A DNA stretch of 64,000 nt from an uncultured Clostridia bacterium (GCA_944332995.1 CALVKR010000004.1:24504-88503), one strand, 5' to 3'; positions 41,449 to 51,342 are shown, counted from the stretch's first letter. Notes: a model not told the origin generated them from the sequence alone. Numbers and translations are program-made.

Positions 41449-42657
41449 ATGGATTCAATTATAAGCTACTCTCTTGAGCTTCTCGGCATAAACAGCGTGC
41501 AAAACAAGCCGCAAAAAGACGCACCGTTCGGCGAGGGAACGGCAAAGGCGCTTGGCTACGTTTTAAACCTTGCGAGCTCGATGGGTTTTAAATGCGTAAA
41601 TCTCGACAACTATATAGGCTATGCCGAATGCGGAGAGGGCGAGCCTTTCGCCGTGCTCGGTCATCTCGACACCGTGCCCATAGGTGACGGCTGGACAAAA
41701 AATCCGCTTGGCGAGATAGCCGACGGCAATATATACGGCAGAGGCGCACTCGACGACAAACTGCCCATGCTCGCCTGCCTTTTGGCTACGGGAGACCTTT
41801 TAAAGAAAAAGACGCCTAAACGCAAAATAAAAATCATTTTCGGCTTAAACGAGGAAAGCGGCTGGAAGTGTATAGAACACTTTAATAAATGCGAAAAAAT
41901 GCCCGACGAGGGTTTCTCCCCCGACGCCGACTTTCCCGTCATATACTGTGAAAAGGGAATAGTAAACTTTAAAATATCCCTGCCAAAAATCGACGGCTTT
42001 GAAATTTTTTCCGGCGAGAGAGCAAACGTCGTGCCAAATCTGTGCACGGCAAAATATAAGGAAAAGGAATATTCTTCAAGCGGCATATCCGCCCACGCCG
42101 CCACACCGTGGCAGGGCGAAAACGCCATAATAAATATGCTCGGGGTGCTGTCCGAAAAAGACGTAAAGATTGCAAGGCTGTATAATATCCTGTCCGACTA
42201 CTACGGCTCGGGACTTGACCTCGACGTATCCGACGAGAGCGGCCGTCTTACCGTAAACACGGGTATGGCATACGTCGACGGCTTTTTAAACTTTGTGCTG
42301 GATATCCGATATCCCGTAACATACACCGAAAACTTTGTAAAGGATAAAATCGGTAAAGCACTGCCGGAGGCGAAAATCGAGCGGACGCATTTTCACCTGC
42401 CGCTAAAAGTAAACGGCGACGACAGACTTTGCAAGACGCTGCTTGACGTCTACAACGGCTACACCAAGCAAAACGCTTCGCCTATAGCTATCGGCGGTGG
42501 GACGTATGCAAGAGCCTTAAAGCACGGCGTGGCTTTCGGCCCCGTGTTTCCCGACAGACCTCTGCCCATACACTGCCCCGACGAGATGATACCCATAAAA
42601 GATTTATACGCCCTTTACGACATATATAAAGCGGCGATAGATAAACTGTGTTTTTAA
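41449..42657 (+). CDS. M20-family dipeptidase (PepV/Sapep-like)
   Basis: Metal-site motifs AVLGHLDTVPIGDGW and GNIYGRGALDDK. ORF trimmed to ATG 41449, which has a GAGG RBS. Confidence 0.8.
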   Translation: MDSIISYSLELLGINSVQNKPQKDAPFGEGTAKALGYVLNLASSMGFKCVNLDNYIGYAECGEGEPFAVLGHLDTVPIGDGWTKNPLGEIADGNIYGRGALDDKLPMLACLLATGDLLKKKTPKRKIKIIFGLNEESGWKCIEHFNKCEKMPDEGFSPDADFPVIYCEKGIVNFKISLPKIDGFEIFSGERANVVPNLCTAKYKEKEYSSSGISAHAATPWQGENAIINMLGVLSEKDVKIARLYNILSDYYGSGLDLDVSDESGRLTVNTGMAYVDGFLNFVLDIRYPVTYTENFVKDKIGKALPEAKIERTHFHLPLKVNGDDRLCKTLLDVYNGYTKQNASPIAIGGGTYARALKHGVAFGPVFPDRPLPIHCPDEMIPIKDLYALYDIYKAAIDKLCF

Positions 42658-42765
42658 TATCCTGACGGCATTGCCATCGCATTAGAGCGCAAAGATAAAT
42701 CCGTATCCGAATTAGATACGACACGGCACTTAAACTATGCGCCAATATAACAGACTAAAAAGCTA

Positions 42766-43449
42766 TTACGCCGACATCAAAAAGGAAATTATCGAATCGG
42801 CAATGACCTTTGCCACTTTGTTTTGATATTCGTCCGTAACCAAAAGCGCCTCGTCGAGCGGATTGGATAAAAACCCGCATTCCACTAGTGCTGACGGATA
42901 CGGCGTTTGCCTTAATATATAATAGTCGCCTTTCAGGGCGGAAAAGGTTCTGCCGGTATTTACCTTGTTAAGATTTTCGTTTAAAGCGGATTGCAATATG
43001 TCGGCAAGAGAGGAATCTCCCCAAAAGAACGCCTGCGCTCCCCTGCGGCTTTGCTGAGTATATTTGTTTTGATGTATGCTGACAACGCAATCGGGCGATG
43101 CGTCCATAATTATTTTTTTACGCTTTTCCATATCTTCCTGTTTTTGCGTCAGCATTGTATCGAGTGCGCCGTCGGACGTCGTCCTCGTCATAACGACGTT
43201 TATCTGCGCCTTTTCCAGTTCCGCTTTTACCTTGTAGGCTATCGAAAGATTGAGCTCACGCTCATAAACACCGGTGTTTACGCCCTGCACTCCGCCGTCG
43301 ATTCCGCCGTGCCCTGCGTCCACGACTACGGTATAAGACGGCTTAGGCGACGTCGCCTTGACGGCGGTGGGCACGCAGATAACCGTAAGCAAAAAGCCGA
43401 CGGAAAGCAATACGATAAGCAATAATTTTTTGAATTTTACGACAAACAT
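42766..43449 (-). CDS. cwlD: N-acetylmuramoyl-L-alanine amidase (Amidase_3; CwlD-like)
   Basis: N-terminal membrane anchor. Motifs VVVDAGHGGIDGG, ERELNL, VSIHQN and ECGFLSN. 227 aa. Confidence 0.75.
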   Translation of the reverse strand: MFVVKFKKLLLIVLLSVGFLLTVICVPTAVKATSPKPSYTVVVDAGHGGIDGGVQGVNTGVYERELNLSIAYKVKAELEKAQINVVMTRTTSDGALDTMLTQKQEDMEKRKKIIMDASPDCVVSIHQNKYTQQSRRGAQAFFWGDSSLADILQSALNENLNKVNTGRTFSALKGDYYILRQTPYPSALVECGFLSNPLDEALLVTDEYQNKVAKVIADSIISFLMSA

Positions 43450-43501
43450 CTTCTCTCCTGCGAATTTTGTCTATTTTGCATAAATGTATTTATATGCAAA
43501 G

Positions 43502-43545
43502 TTTTACACAGAGTTATCCACATTATTGTGGATAAATGTGCATAA
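43502..43545. promoter_or_regulatory. DnaA-box cluster
   Basis: Perfect TTATCCACA (43514-43522) and inverted TGTGGATAA (43527-43535), 4 bp apart. Flanked by TTTTACACA (43502-43510, 2 mismatches) and TGTGCATAA (43537-43545, 1 mismatch). Confidence 0.6.
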
Positions 43546-43910
43546 CCTTTACATATTATCAGCATATTATCGTCACACCTTTTTTATGACGGTTGCGCCG
43601 CAATTTTGTCCGTCCCTCTTGCCCGCCTTTAAGCTCGCACCCTGCTATTCAGCCGAACGCACCGCCTGTTATGCCTTATTCCCGTTGATCGATATATCCC
43701 GAAAAACATTTTAAACGTTGCGTTTGCCATAAATAAACTGCCGTTGGCACATCATTTTTTTGCTTATCCGAAAGGCAATGCCTTTTTTCGACGGTATATT
43801 CGTTTTTTGCTTGTTTTTAGCCTATATCTGTTTTTTTGCACTTTTGTTTTACCGCCTGTCGCCGTGCATAATCGCCCATACCCTCAAATATATTGAAGCG
43901 GGAGGCAAAA

Positions 43911-44807
43911 ATGGATTTGTTTAATAAAAAGGGCGTTTGCCTTTACGAGGCAAAATCGCTCGGAAATATCTGTGGCATTTTAATTTCAAAAAGAAATTAT
44001 AAAATAAGATATGCCGTCCTAAACTGCGGACAGCCTTTAAACTATGCCAAGGCGGATAAAATCATTGCCGCCGAAGACTACGTATTGTTCAAAAACGATT
44101 TGTGTCTAACGGTTGCAGGCGAGAATTTTTCAAAAGCGTATCTGCCCGTCTATCTCACCGACGGACTGACCACCGACGGCAAAAGCCTCGGCGTTTTAAA
44201 AAGCGTCAAAACGGAAGGCTTTACGGCAACGGAGCTCGAATTTGAAAAAGGCTCTTTTTCCGTTTCCGATATCTTGAGAGCGTCGAGAGAATTTATAATC
44301 GTTAAAGGCGAAAGGGACGTCAAGCCGTCAAAGACGACAAAAAAGAGTATACCCAAAACGACGGACAGAGAGATTGCCATGTTCGACGGCAACGAGGCGG
44401 CGTCGGATAGCTTTGAAAAACTTTTCGATTTCCCGCTTTCTATCGAGCCTGAAACAGAATCTCGCAATTTAGCCGATGAAAGCAAAGTCATTGAAAGCGG
44501 AGCCGATGAGAGCGGTTTGAAATTTAAATATTTTAAAATTTTAAAACCGCCTGTCGCCGGCGAAAATCAAAAGTCGGAAACGGGCGAAGATGACCCACAG
44601 ACGCCGATTAGTGCCGACGGCTATCCCACGCCTCAGAGGATAATAAGCGACTATCATTTCCTGCTAGGCAGAATAGTGGAGCAAAACATTTTTTCATACA
44701 ACGGCGATTTGATAATAAGAAGCGGCGAAGTAGTCACTTTCGAAACGGTGGAAAAGGCCATGAACTTCGGAAAACTCGTCGAACTTGCCGTCCATTCCGT
44801 AAGCTGA
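43911..44807 (+). CDS. Hypothetical protein with two PRC-barrel-like segments and an acidic linker
   Basis: GGAGG RBS 5 nt before ATG 43911. Segments such as AKSLGNICGILIS..KIRYAVL and DGKSLGVLKSVKTEG resemble YlmC/YmxH-type PRC barrels. This is a weak by-eye call. Confidence 0.4.
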   Translation: MDLFNKKGVCLYEAKSLGNICGILISKRNYKIRYAVLNCGQPLNYAKADKIIAAEDYVLFKNDLCLTVAGENFSKAYLPVYLTDGLTTDGKSLGVLKSVKTEGFTATELEFEKGSFSVSDILRASREFIIVKGERDVKPSKTTKKSIPKTTDREIAMFDGNEAASDSFEKLFDFPLSIEPETESRNLADESKVIESGADESGLKFKYFKILKPPVAGENQKSETGEDDPQTPISADGYPTPQRIISDYHFLLGRIVEQNIFSYNGDLIIRSGEVVTFETVEKAMNFGKLVELAVHSVS

Positions 44808-44817
44808 CGGAGGAAAA

Positions 44818-46266
44818 ATGAAAAAGCCGAAAATAAATGCGAGATATATAATATTTGTCCTTGTGCTTCTTTGTCTTGTCACGCTGTTTGCCGCATGCAA
44901 TGCGGAAACGGAAAGCAGTACGAACGCCGTTTATGACATCAACCTTTCGTATGACGGCAATCTGACGGTTGAGGGTGTGCAAAACGTATGCTATACCAAC
45001 AACTTAGCCCAACCGCTCGACTCGCTCAAAATCATGCTTTATGCCAACGCATATAAGCAAAACGCCTTTACAATAACCGATGCCGGCGAAGCGTATTACG
45101 ACGGCATAAGCTACGGCAATATCAAGATAGACGAATTTACCGTGAACGGCAATGAAACTGAGTTTTCGCTCAGCGATAACGAACAGGTGCTGAGCGTGGA
45201 TATTCCGTCGACGGCGAGCGGTGAAAAAGTGGATTTTTCGATAAAATACACAGTTACCCTGCCCAAGTGCAACGGACGGCTTGGCGTCACTCAAAAGACG
45301 GCCAACCTCTGTTCGCTGTATCCCGTCGTCTGCCCGATAGTAAACGGAAAATTTGTCGAAACGGAGTATTCGCCATACGGCGACCCATATGTGGCGGACG
45401 TGCAGGATTTTTTCGTCACGCTGACCGCACCCGACGGCTACGTATTGGCTTGTAGCGGAAAGATAACGGACGAAACGCAGACTGACGGCACAAAGACGTT
45501 TGAAATTACGGCAAAAAACACGAGGGATTTTGCCATGGTGCTGTCGCAGTCTTTTGCCTTACTTGCAAAGACGGCGGACGGCGTTGAAATTAAGTATCTT
45601 TACTACGACGATTCTCAGCCTGCCGAAACTTTGGGCATTGCGCAAAACGCCCTGAAGATTTTTTCCGACGCTTTCGGCAAATATCCTTACGACACGTATA
45701 CCGTAGTGCAAGCGCCCTTTGTCGCCATGGGCATGGAGTATTCCTCTTTGTCGATTATTGCGGACAATTTACCGCAAGACTATCTTGAAACTACCGTCGT
45801 CCATGAAACGGCGCATCAATGGTGGTATGAAACCGTGGGCACGCTTCAGACGAGCGAGGCTTTTGTCGACGAAGGCTTGGCGGAATTTTCCACCGCATAC
45901 TATTTCAAGGCAAACGGCGACAAGGAAAAATATGCCGACCTTTACGGCAGTCACAAGCTCAGTTACGCCGTATATAAAGCGTATGCAAAGGCAAACGGTA
46001 TTACCTTTGACGAAACCATGGCAAAGCCACTTTCGGATTTTAATTCTTCAAACGAATACGTCGTCATAGCTTACGACAAGGGGGCGTTGATGTTCGGCTG
46101 GGTATTCGACATTTTGGGAGAAAAGAAATTTAAAAAAGCCATGCGGAATTTTTATGAAAAATACAAATTTAAAATAGCTGCCTTTTCCGACCTTACGGAA
46201 TGCTTTAAAAAGTATAACAAAGGATTAAATTTAAACCCGTGGTTAAACGGCAAAACGGTCATATGA
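44818..46266 (+). CDS. M1-family zinc metallopeptidase lipoprotein
   Basis: Lipobox LFAAC. Gluzincin motif HETAH followed 18 residues later by EGLAEF (HEXXH-X18-E). Confidence 0.85.
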   Translation: MKKPKINARYIIFVLVLLCLVTLFAACNAETESSTNAVYDINLSYDGNLTVEGVQNVCYTNNLAQPLDSLKIMLYANAYKQNAFTITDAGEAYYDGISYGNIKIDEFTVNGNETEFSLSDNEQVLSVDIPSTASGEKVDFSIKYTVTLPKCNGRLGVTQKTANLCSLYPVVCPIVNGKFVETEYSPYGDPYVADVQDFFVTLTAPDGYVLACSGKITDETQTDGTKTFEITAKNTRDFAMVLSQSFALLAKTADGVEIKYLYYDDSQPAETLGIAQNALKIFSDAFGKYPYDTYTVVQAPFVAMGMEYSSLSIIADNLPQDYLETTVVHETAHQWWYETVGTLQTSEAFVDEGLAEFSTAYYFKANGDKEKYADLYGSHKLSYAVYKAYAKANGITFDETMAKPLSDFNSSNEYVVIAYDKGALMFGWVFDILGEKKFKKAMRNFYEKYKFKIAAFSDLTECFKKYNKGLNLNPWLNGKTVI

Positions 46267-46302
46267 TTATGCCACGTCAAACTGCGTTTTACTTGCAATA
46301 AA

Positions 46303-46324
46303 AAGCCGCCTTTAAGGGCGGCTT
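46303..46324. terminator. Intrinsic terminator between convergent genes
   Basis: aagccgcc-tttaag-ggcggctt. There is a T5 run on the reverse strand (serving the PNPOx-like gene) and a weaker T run on the + strand. Confidence 0.7.
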
Positions 46325-46391
46325 AACTGATTTGACGGCGCCGTTTCAACTTTAAACGTTTACAAAACGGCGGCTATTGCCTATATATCGC

Positions 46392-46861
46392 TTACTTCAC
46401 TCTCGCCTTTGCGGTGTATGAATCCACGTCAATTCTTACGACGGTCACTTTATCAACGGCGTTTGCGGCAATTTCAAAATTCTTGCCCGTCTGCGTTTTC
46501 ATAAGCGCCTTTAAACCTTTGAGTTTTTCCGCCTCGTCCTCAACAATTGCGGCTCTGCCTCGGCACATGACGCACTCGTATTCGGCTCCGTATCCGCAAG
46601 CTGTATCCGCCGATATCAAGCAAACCGCTCGGTCTATCTCGACAAACACATGGCTGTCATTTTTTTGCATTCGAGCTTATGTCCTTCATTTGCGCAGTGC
46701 ACATAAAACACGAGTTTTCCGCCGTCGAATATATATCCGTAGTGAAGCGGAACGACGTAAGGATAACCTTCGTCAAACAGCCCGAGATGCATATATCCGG
46801 CAAGAGATATTATCTTTTCGATTTTGCCGAAATCCGTTATTTCTCTGTCTTTTCTTCTCAT
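46392..46861 (-). pseudogene. Pyridoxamine 5'-phosphate oxidase-family (NimA-like) gene split by a frameshift in an A7 run
   Basis: ORFs 46634..46861 (MRRKDREITDFGKIEKII..PYVVPLHYGY..) and 46392..46670 (..VFVEIDRAV..) are the N- and C-halves of a single ~155-aa protein. The frames switch at T7 (46660-46666); 8 A on the coding strand would restore ..ECKKNDSHVFVEID.. Confidence 0.7.
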
Positions 46862-47037
46862 AATCTTTCATTAGGTTTTGCGGTTTTATCTTACAGTCCG
46901 CTTATTAAAACAGGCAGTCCCGAATGTTGAGAATGCCTGTTAAATGCCGATAAACGGTCGGTGTTGTCTTATGCGCCAAGCCTTTCCGCTTTAAAAAATT
47001 CACGACGGCAAAAGGTGCGGCGTCGGCAGCTAATCGC

Positions 47038-48987
47038 TTAATAGAGTTTTGCGCCTGCGGGAATGTGGCTGTCCACCATTAAAAGATGAAGTTTATCCTT
47101 TCCTTCTTCGGAATGAACGGCGGAAATCAACATACCGCACGAATCTATCCCCATCATTGCTCTCGGTGGAAGATTTACGATTGCGATGCAGGTTTTGCCG
47201 ACAAGTTCTTCAGGCTGATAATACTCGTGAATACCGCTTAAAATCGTTCTGTTTTCGCCCGTGCCGTCGTCAAGCGTAAACTTTAACAGTTTCTTCGATT
47301 TAGGAACGGCTTCGCATGCCAAAACCTTTACCGCTCTGAAGTCGGACTTGCTGAAGGTTTCAAAATCGACGTAATCTTTAAACAAAGGTTCTATTTCCAC
47401 TTTGGAAAAGTCGATTTTTTCTTCCTCGCTTTTATCTTCTGCCGTGACGGCTTGCGTATCCGCCCCTGCCGGCGCATTATTGTTGCATGAGCCGCCCTTA
47501 GACTCTTTTATGGGCTTCATCGTCGGGAAGAGCAAAACGTCCCTTATAGACGCACTGTCTGTCAAAAACATGACCATACGGTCGATACCTATTCCCAAAC
47601 CGCCTGTCGGGGGCATACCGTATTCGAGAGCGTTGCAAAAATCCTCGTCGTAAGGCTGAGCCTCCTCGTCGCCCTTTGCTTTATTTAACATCTGTTGCTC
47701 AAATCTCGCCCTTTGGTCAATCGGGTCGTTGAGTTCGCTGAAAGCGTTTCCGCCCTCGCTGGCGAAAATGAAAAATTCAAACCTTTCGGTGAGTCGTTTG
47801 TCGTCTGTCTTTTTCTTTGCGAGCGGGCTGACCTCGACGGGATAATCGGTTATAAAAACGGGACCCGTGAGTTTTTCCTCGACAAATGCGTCGAACACTT
47901 TATACAGAGCGTTGCCCCACGACGTATCCGACGGCATATCCAATCCCATGCCGTTCGCCTTTTTGATGAGTTCTTTAAGGTCGCCTTTTTCAAAATCGAG
48001 CCCGGTATATTTTTTTACCGCTTCCACCATGGTCAGTCGCTCCCACGGACGTTTGAGGCTTATCTGCTGTCCCTGATAAGTTATATCAAGACCTCCGCAT
48101 ACCTTCTCGGCAGCGGTGGTGAAAAGCTCCTCGGTGATATCCATCATATCGTGATAGTCGGCATAAGCCTGATAAAGTTCTATCGTCGTAAACTCAGGAT
48201 TATGACGGGTGTCCATTCCCTCGTTGCGGAATTGTCTGCCTATTTCGTAAACCTTTTCAAAGCCGCCGACAATACACCGTTTCAAATGAAGCTCCGTCGC
48301 TATACGCATATACATATCTATATCGAGGGTATTGTGATGGGTGATAAACGGTCTGGCGTTCGCTCCGCCTGCCAAGGTATTGAGCACGGGCGTTTCCACC
48401 TCGATAAATCCCTTTTTATCCAAAACTTCCCTTATGGTGGAAATTATCTTGCTGCGCTTTACGAACACCTCTTTGACTTCGGGATTGACTATAAGGTCGA
48501 CGTAACGTCTGCGGAAACGTTGGTCGGGGTCCTTTAAACCGTGAAATTTTTCGGGAAGCGGCAAAAGCGACTTTGCGAGCAAAGTAACCTTTTTTGCATG
48601 AATGGAAATCTCGCCCGTCTTTGTCTTAAAGATAAAGCCTTCGATACCGACGATATCTCCTATATCGAGTTTTTTGAAATCGGCATATTCCGCCTCGCCC
48701 AAGTCGTCACGGCTGAAATACCCTTGAAGTTTTCCGTCGCCGTCCATGATATGAGCAAAACTTGCCTTTCCCATGATGCGCTTCGACATAAGACGTCCTG
48801 CGACGACTGCCGTTTGATTTTCAAACTTTTCAAAGTTTTCCTTTATCTCGTTTGTCGTTGCCGTTCTGTCGAAAGAAGTTATCTCAAAAGGATTTTTGCC
48901 GTCTTCTACAAGAGAGGAAAGTTTTTCCCTTCTGATTTTGACAAGTTCTAAAGTTTCCGATTCTGTAAGCTCTCTTTGTTCGTCCAT
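47038..48987 (-). CDS. lysS: Lysine--tRNA ligase (class II) with a C-terminal Trbp111/EMAP-II-type tRNA-binding domain
   Basis: LysRS core from the OB fold ([19 protein letters not shown]) to [12 protein letters not shown]. The C-terminal ~110 aa ([62 protein letters not shown]) parallels the MetRS C-terminal domain. ATG 48987 has a GGAG RBS. Confidence 0.9.
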   Translation of the reverse strand: MDEQRELTESETLELVKIRREKLSSLVEDGKNPFEITSFDRTATTNEIKENFEKFENQTAVVAGRLMSKRIMGKASFAHIMDGDGKLQGYFSRDDLGEAEYADFKKLDIGDIVGIEGFIFKTKTGEISIHAKKVTLLAKSLLPLPEKFHGLKDPDQRFRRRYVDLIVNPEVKEVFVKRSKIISTIREVLDKKGFIEVETPVLNTLAGGANARPFITHHNTLDIDMYMRIATELHLKRCIVGGFEKVYEIGRQFRNEGMDTRHNPEFTTIELYQAYADYHDMMDITEELFTTAAEKVCGGLDITYQGQQISLKRPWERLTMVEAVKKYTGLDFEKGDLKELIKKANGMGLDMPSDTSWGNALYKVFDAFVEEKLTGPVFITDYPVEVSPLAKKKTDDKRLTERFEFFIFASEGGNAFSELNDPIDQRARFEQQMLNKAKGDEEAQPYDEDFCNALEYGMPPTGGLGIGIDRMVMFLTDSASIRDVLLFPTMKPIKESKGGSCNNNAPAGADTQAVTAEDKSEEEKIDFSKVEIEPLFKDYVDFETFSKSDFRAVKVLACEAVPKSKKLLKFTLDDGTGENRTILSGIHEYYQPEELVGKTCIAIVNLPPRAMMGIDSCGMLISAVHSEEGKDKLHLLMVDSHIPAGAKLY

Positions 48988-49302
48988 AACGCTCCACAAT
49001 CTCAATTTTAATTTAACGAAAACTCGTTTATTGAGAAATTATCCGTTGTTTGATTTTTTGATATTTGATTTCCTGCCGCCAAAAGTGCATGCAGATTTAA
49101 ATGTCAATTTTTTTACTGTCTTTTAACCTTTTTAGGGCTCAACCGATATTTAATTGTCCGTCCGCCCTATAGACATTGTTTGTTTAACATATCCCGACAT
49201 CGCAGTTCTTAGGATATCGGATTTTTTGTTATCCGTCAAACGTCTGTCCTTTTGCGGTTTACTAAGTGCCTTTATTTTTCAAGGCAAGGACAAGTGGCTG
49301 TA

Positions 49303-49318
49303 AAACGCCCCGGCGTTT
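49303..49318 (-). terminator. Probable terminator after greA
   Basis: aaacgc-cccg-gcgttt, with the stem running into a short T run on the reverse strand. Confidence 0.5.
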
Positions 49319-49378
49319 AAATGCCCTTTATAAGACAAGACGTCCGCGGCTTAAAGCCTAAGGACGACTGCCTGTAAC

Positions 49379-49858
49379 TTATTTGATTTTGACGATTTTA
49401 TATTGCACCTTGCCGCCGTTGGGTGTTTCGACGTCGATGACCTCGTCGACTTTTTTACCGATAAGCGCTTTTCCCAAAGGCGATTCGTTGGATATCTTGT
49501 TGTTTAAAACGTCGGCTTCGGTAGTCCCCAAAATGGAATACTCGATTTCTTCGTCGTCCTCGACGCCGTCGTCTATAAATTTGACGGTAACCGTGCTGCC
49601 TATGGAAACGGTGTCCGAAGTTGCGTTTTCCTCTATAATGACTGCGTTTAAAATTTTCTCGTCGAGTTCTCTTATTTCCTGTTCTATGAAACCCTGTTCT
49701 TCTTTGGCGGCGTCGTATTCCGCATTTTCGGAAAGGTCGCCAAGCTCTCTTGCCGCCTTGATTTTCTCTGCGGCTTGCGTTCTGCCTGTGACTTTGAGAT
49801 ACTCAAGTCTTTCTTTCATGGCTTCTAAATGGTCTTTGGTTACAAAATACTCTTTCAT
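49379..49858 (-). CDS. greA: Transcription elongation factor GreA
   Basis: 159 aa with a LSENAEYDAAKEEQ coiled-coil motif. G-rich RBS. Confidence 0.93.
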   Translation of the reverse strand: MKEYFVTKDHLEAMKERLEYLKVTGRTQAAEKIKAARELGDLSENAEYDAAKEEQGFIEQEIRELDEKILNAVIIEENATSDTVSIGSTVTVKFIDDGVEDDEEIEYSILGTTEADVLNNKISNESPLGKALIGKKVDEVIDVETPNGGKVQYKIVKIK

Positions 49859-49876
49859 AAAAAGTTCCCCCCAGAA

Positions 49877-50524
49877 TTATTCTTCCGAATCGGATTGCTC
49901 GACGACGGTTTCTTGTTCCACCGCAGCGGTTTCGATTTGAGTCGAATCGTCCTCGGGCTTTATCGTTTCGTATATCTTTTTCGCTTTAGCTTCAATTGCT
50001 TCCTTTTTGGGAACGTAATCGGATTTGAGCGAACTGATTTTAAAATCGATGGAATAGAATTTATATCCGAGCGTCTTTAAGAAGGTGTCTTCTAAAAGGC
50101 ACTTGAGATATATACTCGTTTGCTGTATATCTCTGCCGGTGATTTTGATTGCCACCTTGAGGCGAACGCCGTATTCGGTGGAAACAAGCCCTATCTTTTG
50201 ACACTTTACGCCTTCGACATCTGACATACTCTTTTTGACTATCTTTTTAATGACGGCAGCGGAAGAACGTGTATTTGACCCGTTTTCGCTGTTTAAGATG
50301 ACGTCCTTTAAAGCGTCGCTATCGACAAAGACGTAAATCATTGCGCCTATCGAAGTAGCAAGATATATAACGGCAAAAGCCACAAACAATCCCTTGACGA
50401 GCGTGTTTTCAAAATCCTTAACGTCTATACCGCCGAAAATCGTCACAAGCAAAATCACAACGAAAATCAAAGCGATAAGCGTGCTTGCCACGGACAAAAC
50501 TTTATCGAATAATTTTTTTCTCAT
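49877..50524 (-). CDS. Membrane protein with Asp23/AmaP-like domain
   Basis: Two N-terminal TM helices followed by a domain resembling alkaline-shock anchor proteins, then an acidic tail. GGGAGG RBS. The family call is tentative. Confidence 0.45.
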   Translation of the reverse strand: MRKKLFDKVLSVASTLIALIFVVILLVTIFGGIDVKDFENTLVKGLFVAFAVIYLATSIGAMIYVFVDSDALKDVILNSENGSNTRSSAAVIKKIVKKSMSDVEGVKCQKIGLVSTEYGVRLKVAIKITGRDIQQTSIYLKCLLEDTFLKTLGYKFYSIDFKISSLKSDYVPKKEAIEAKAKKIYETIKPEDDSTQIETAAVEQETVVEQSDSEE

Positions 50525-50757
50525 TTTTGCCTCCCATAATGCCCATAACTATATATCATAACGACACAATAGTCAAGCGCAAAAAACCAAATTTTTACGC
50601 TTTATTTGTAGTACCGAGGCTCTAAAAGCGTAAAAAAAATGAGTTATCCTCAAATAACCTCAGTTATTATATCAAAATTTTGTCTAAAAATCAATAGTAT
50701 ATACGTTTTTTTGAATATTTTTAAAATCGGATAAAAAACTAAAACAAAAGGAGTTAT

Positions 50758-51252
50758 ATGAAAAAAATTGTATTTTCCCTGTTTATTTTATTGCTTTGCG
50801 TCACCCCCCTCTTTGTAAGCACGGCGCTCAAAAAGACGACGGTTACCTACGCCGACCAATGCGACAGCGAGGTGTATAGTTTGTCGGAATGCTACCCCTC
50901 GGCTGTGAGCGACGTTTTCGACCTGGTAACGAAAGAGCTTATAGACTTTTACGAAAAGGATTTCAATCCTGCCAAGCCGATAACGGGCATGACTGACGAG
51001 CACTCTAAAACGCTCATGAAAACCTACGGAATATCGCAAAACAAACTGAATACTTTGCTTATTTTACAGGATATAGCAAAACTAAACGGAGAAAGAATCA
51101 GCCTTAACAAGCTCGTGAAATTTTCGACAAAACAGCTTTTTGCGTTCGGACAAAAACATTTTACCGCCTATGTCGAAAAACTGCCTAAAGAGAAAAAAGA
51201 GCAGATAAATAAAGACCTTGCCAAAATAAAATTTCCGTCTTTGACGTTTTAA
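50758..51252 (+). CDS. Hypothetical secreted protein
   Basis: N-terminal signal peptide and AAGGAG RBS. No recognisable domain. Confidence 0.5.
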   Translation: MKKIVFSLFILLLCVTPLFVSTALKKTTVTYADQCDSEVYSLSECYPSAVSDVFDLVTKELIDFYEKDFNPAKPITGMTDEHSKTLMKTYGISQNKLNTLLILQDIAKLNGERISLNKLVKFSTKQLFAFGQKHFTAYVEKLPKEKKEQINKDLAKIKFPSLTF

Positions 51253-51286
51253 ACTTTGACTGCGGTAGAGCGTGCCCATATCGCCG

Positions 51287-51332
51287 GTCGGATTTTTGCT
51301 TGACGCCTCGTCCGATTTTTGCTTGACGCCTT
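51287..51332. repeat. Two tandem 23-bp direct repeats
   Basis: GTC(G/C)GATTTTTGCTTGACGCC at 51287-51307 and 51310-51330, 20 of 21 positions identical. Confidence 0.7.
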
Positions 51333-51342
51333 AAGATTAAAC

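Noticed and set aside
43450-43910. Possible chromosomal replication origin, suggested by the DnaA boxes and AT-rich flanks
   Set aside because: There is no dnaA/dnaN context and no switch in gene orientation. Highly expressed genes (rpoBC, ribosomal proteins, lysS, greA, glnN) stay on the minus strand on both sides. Only four boxes are present.
48988-49378. T-box or L-box leader upstream of lysS
   Set aside because: No T-box consensus and no lysine-riboswitch-like conserved blocks are recognisable. The only clear structure is the greA terminator at 49303-49318.
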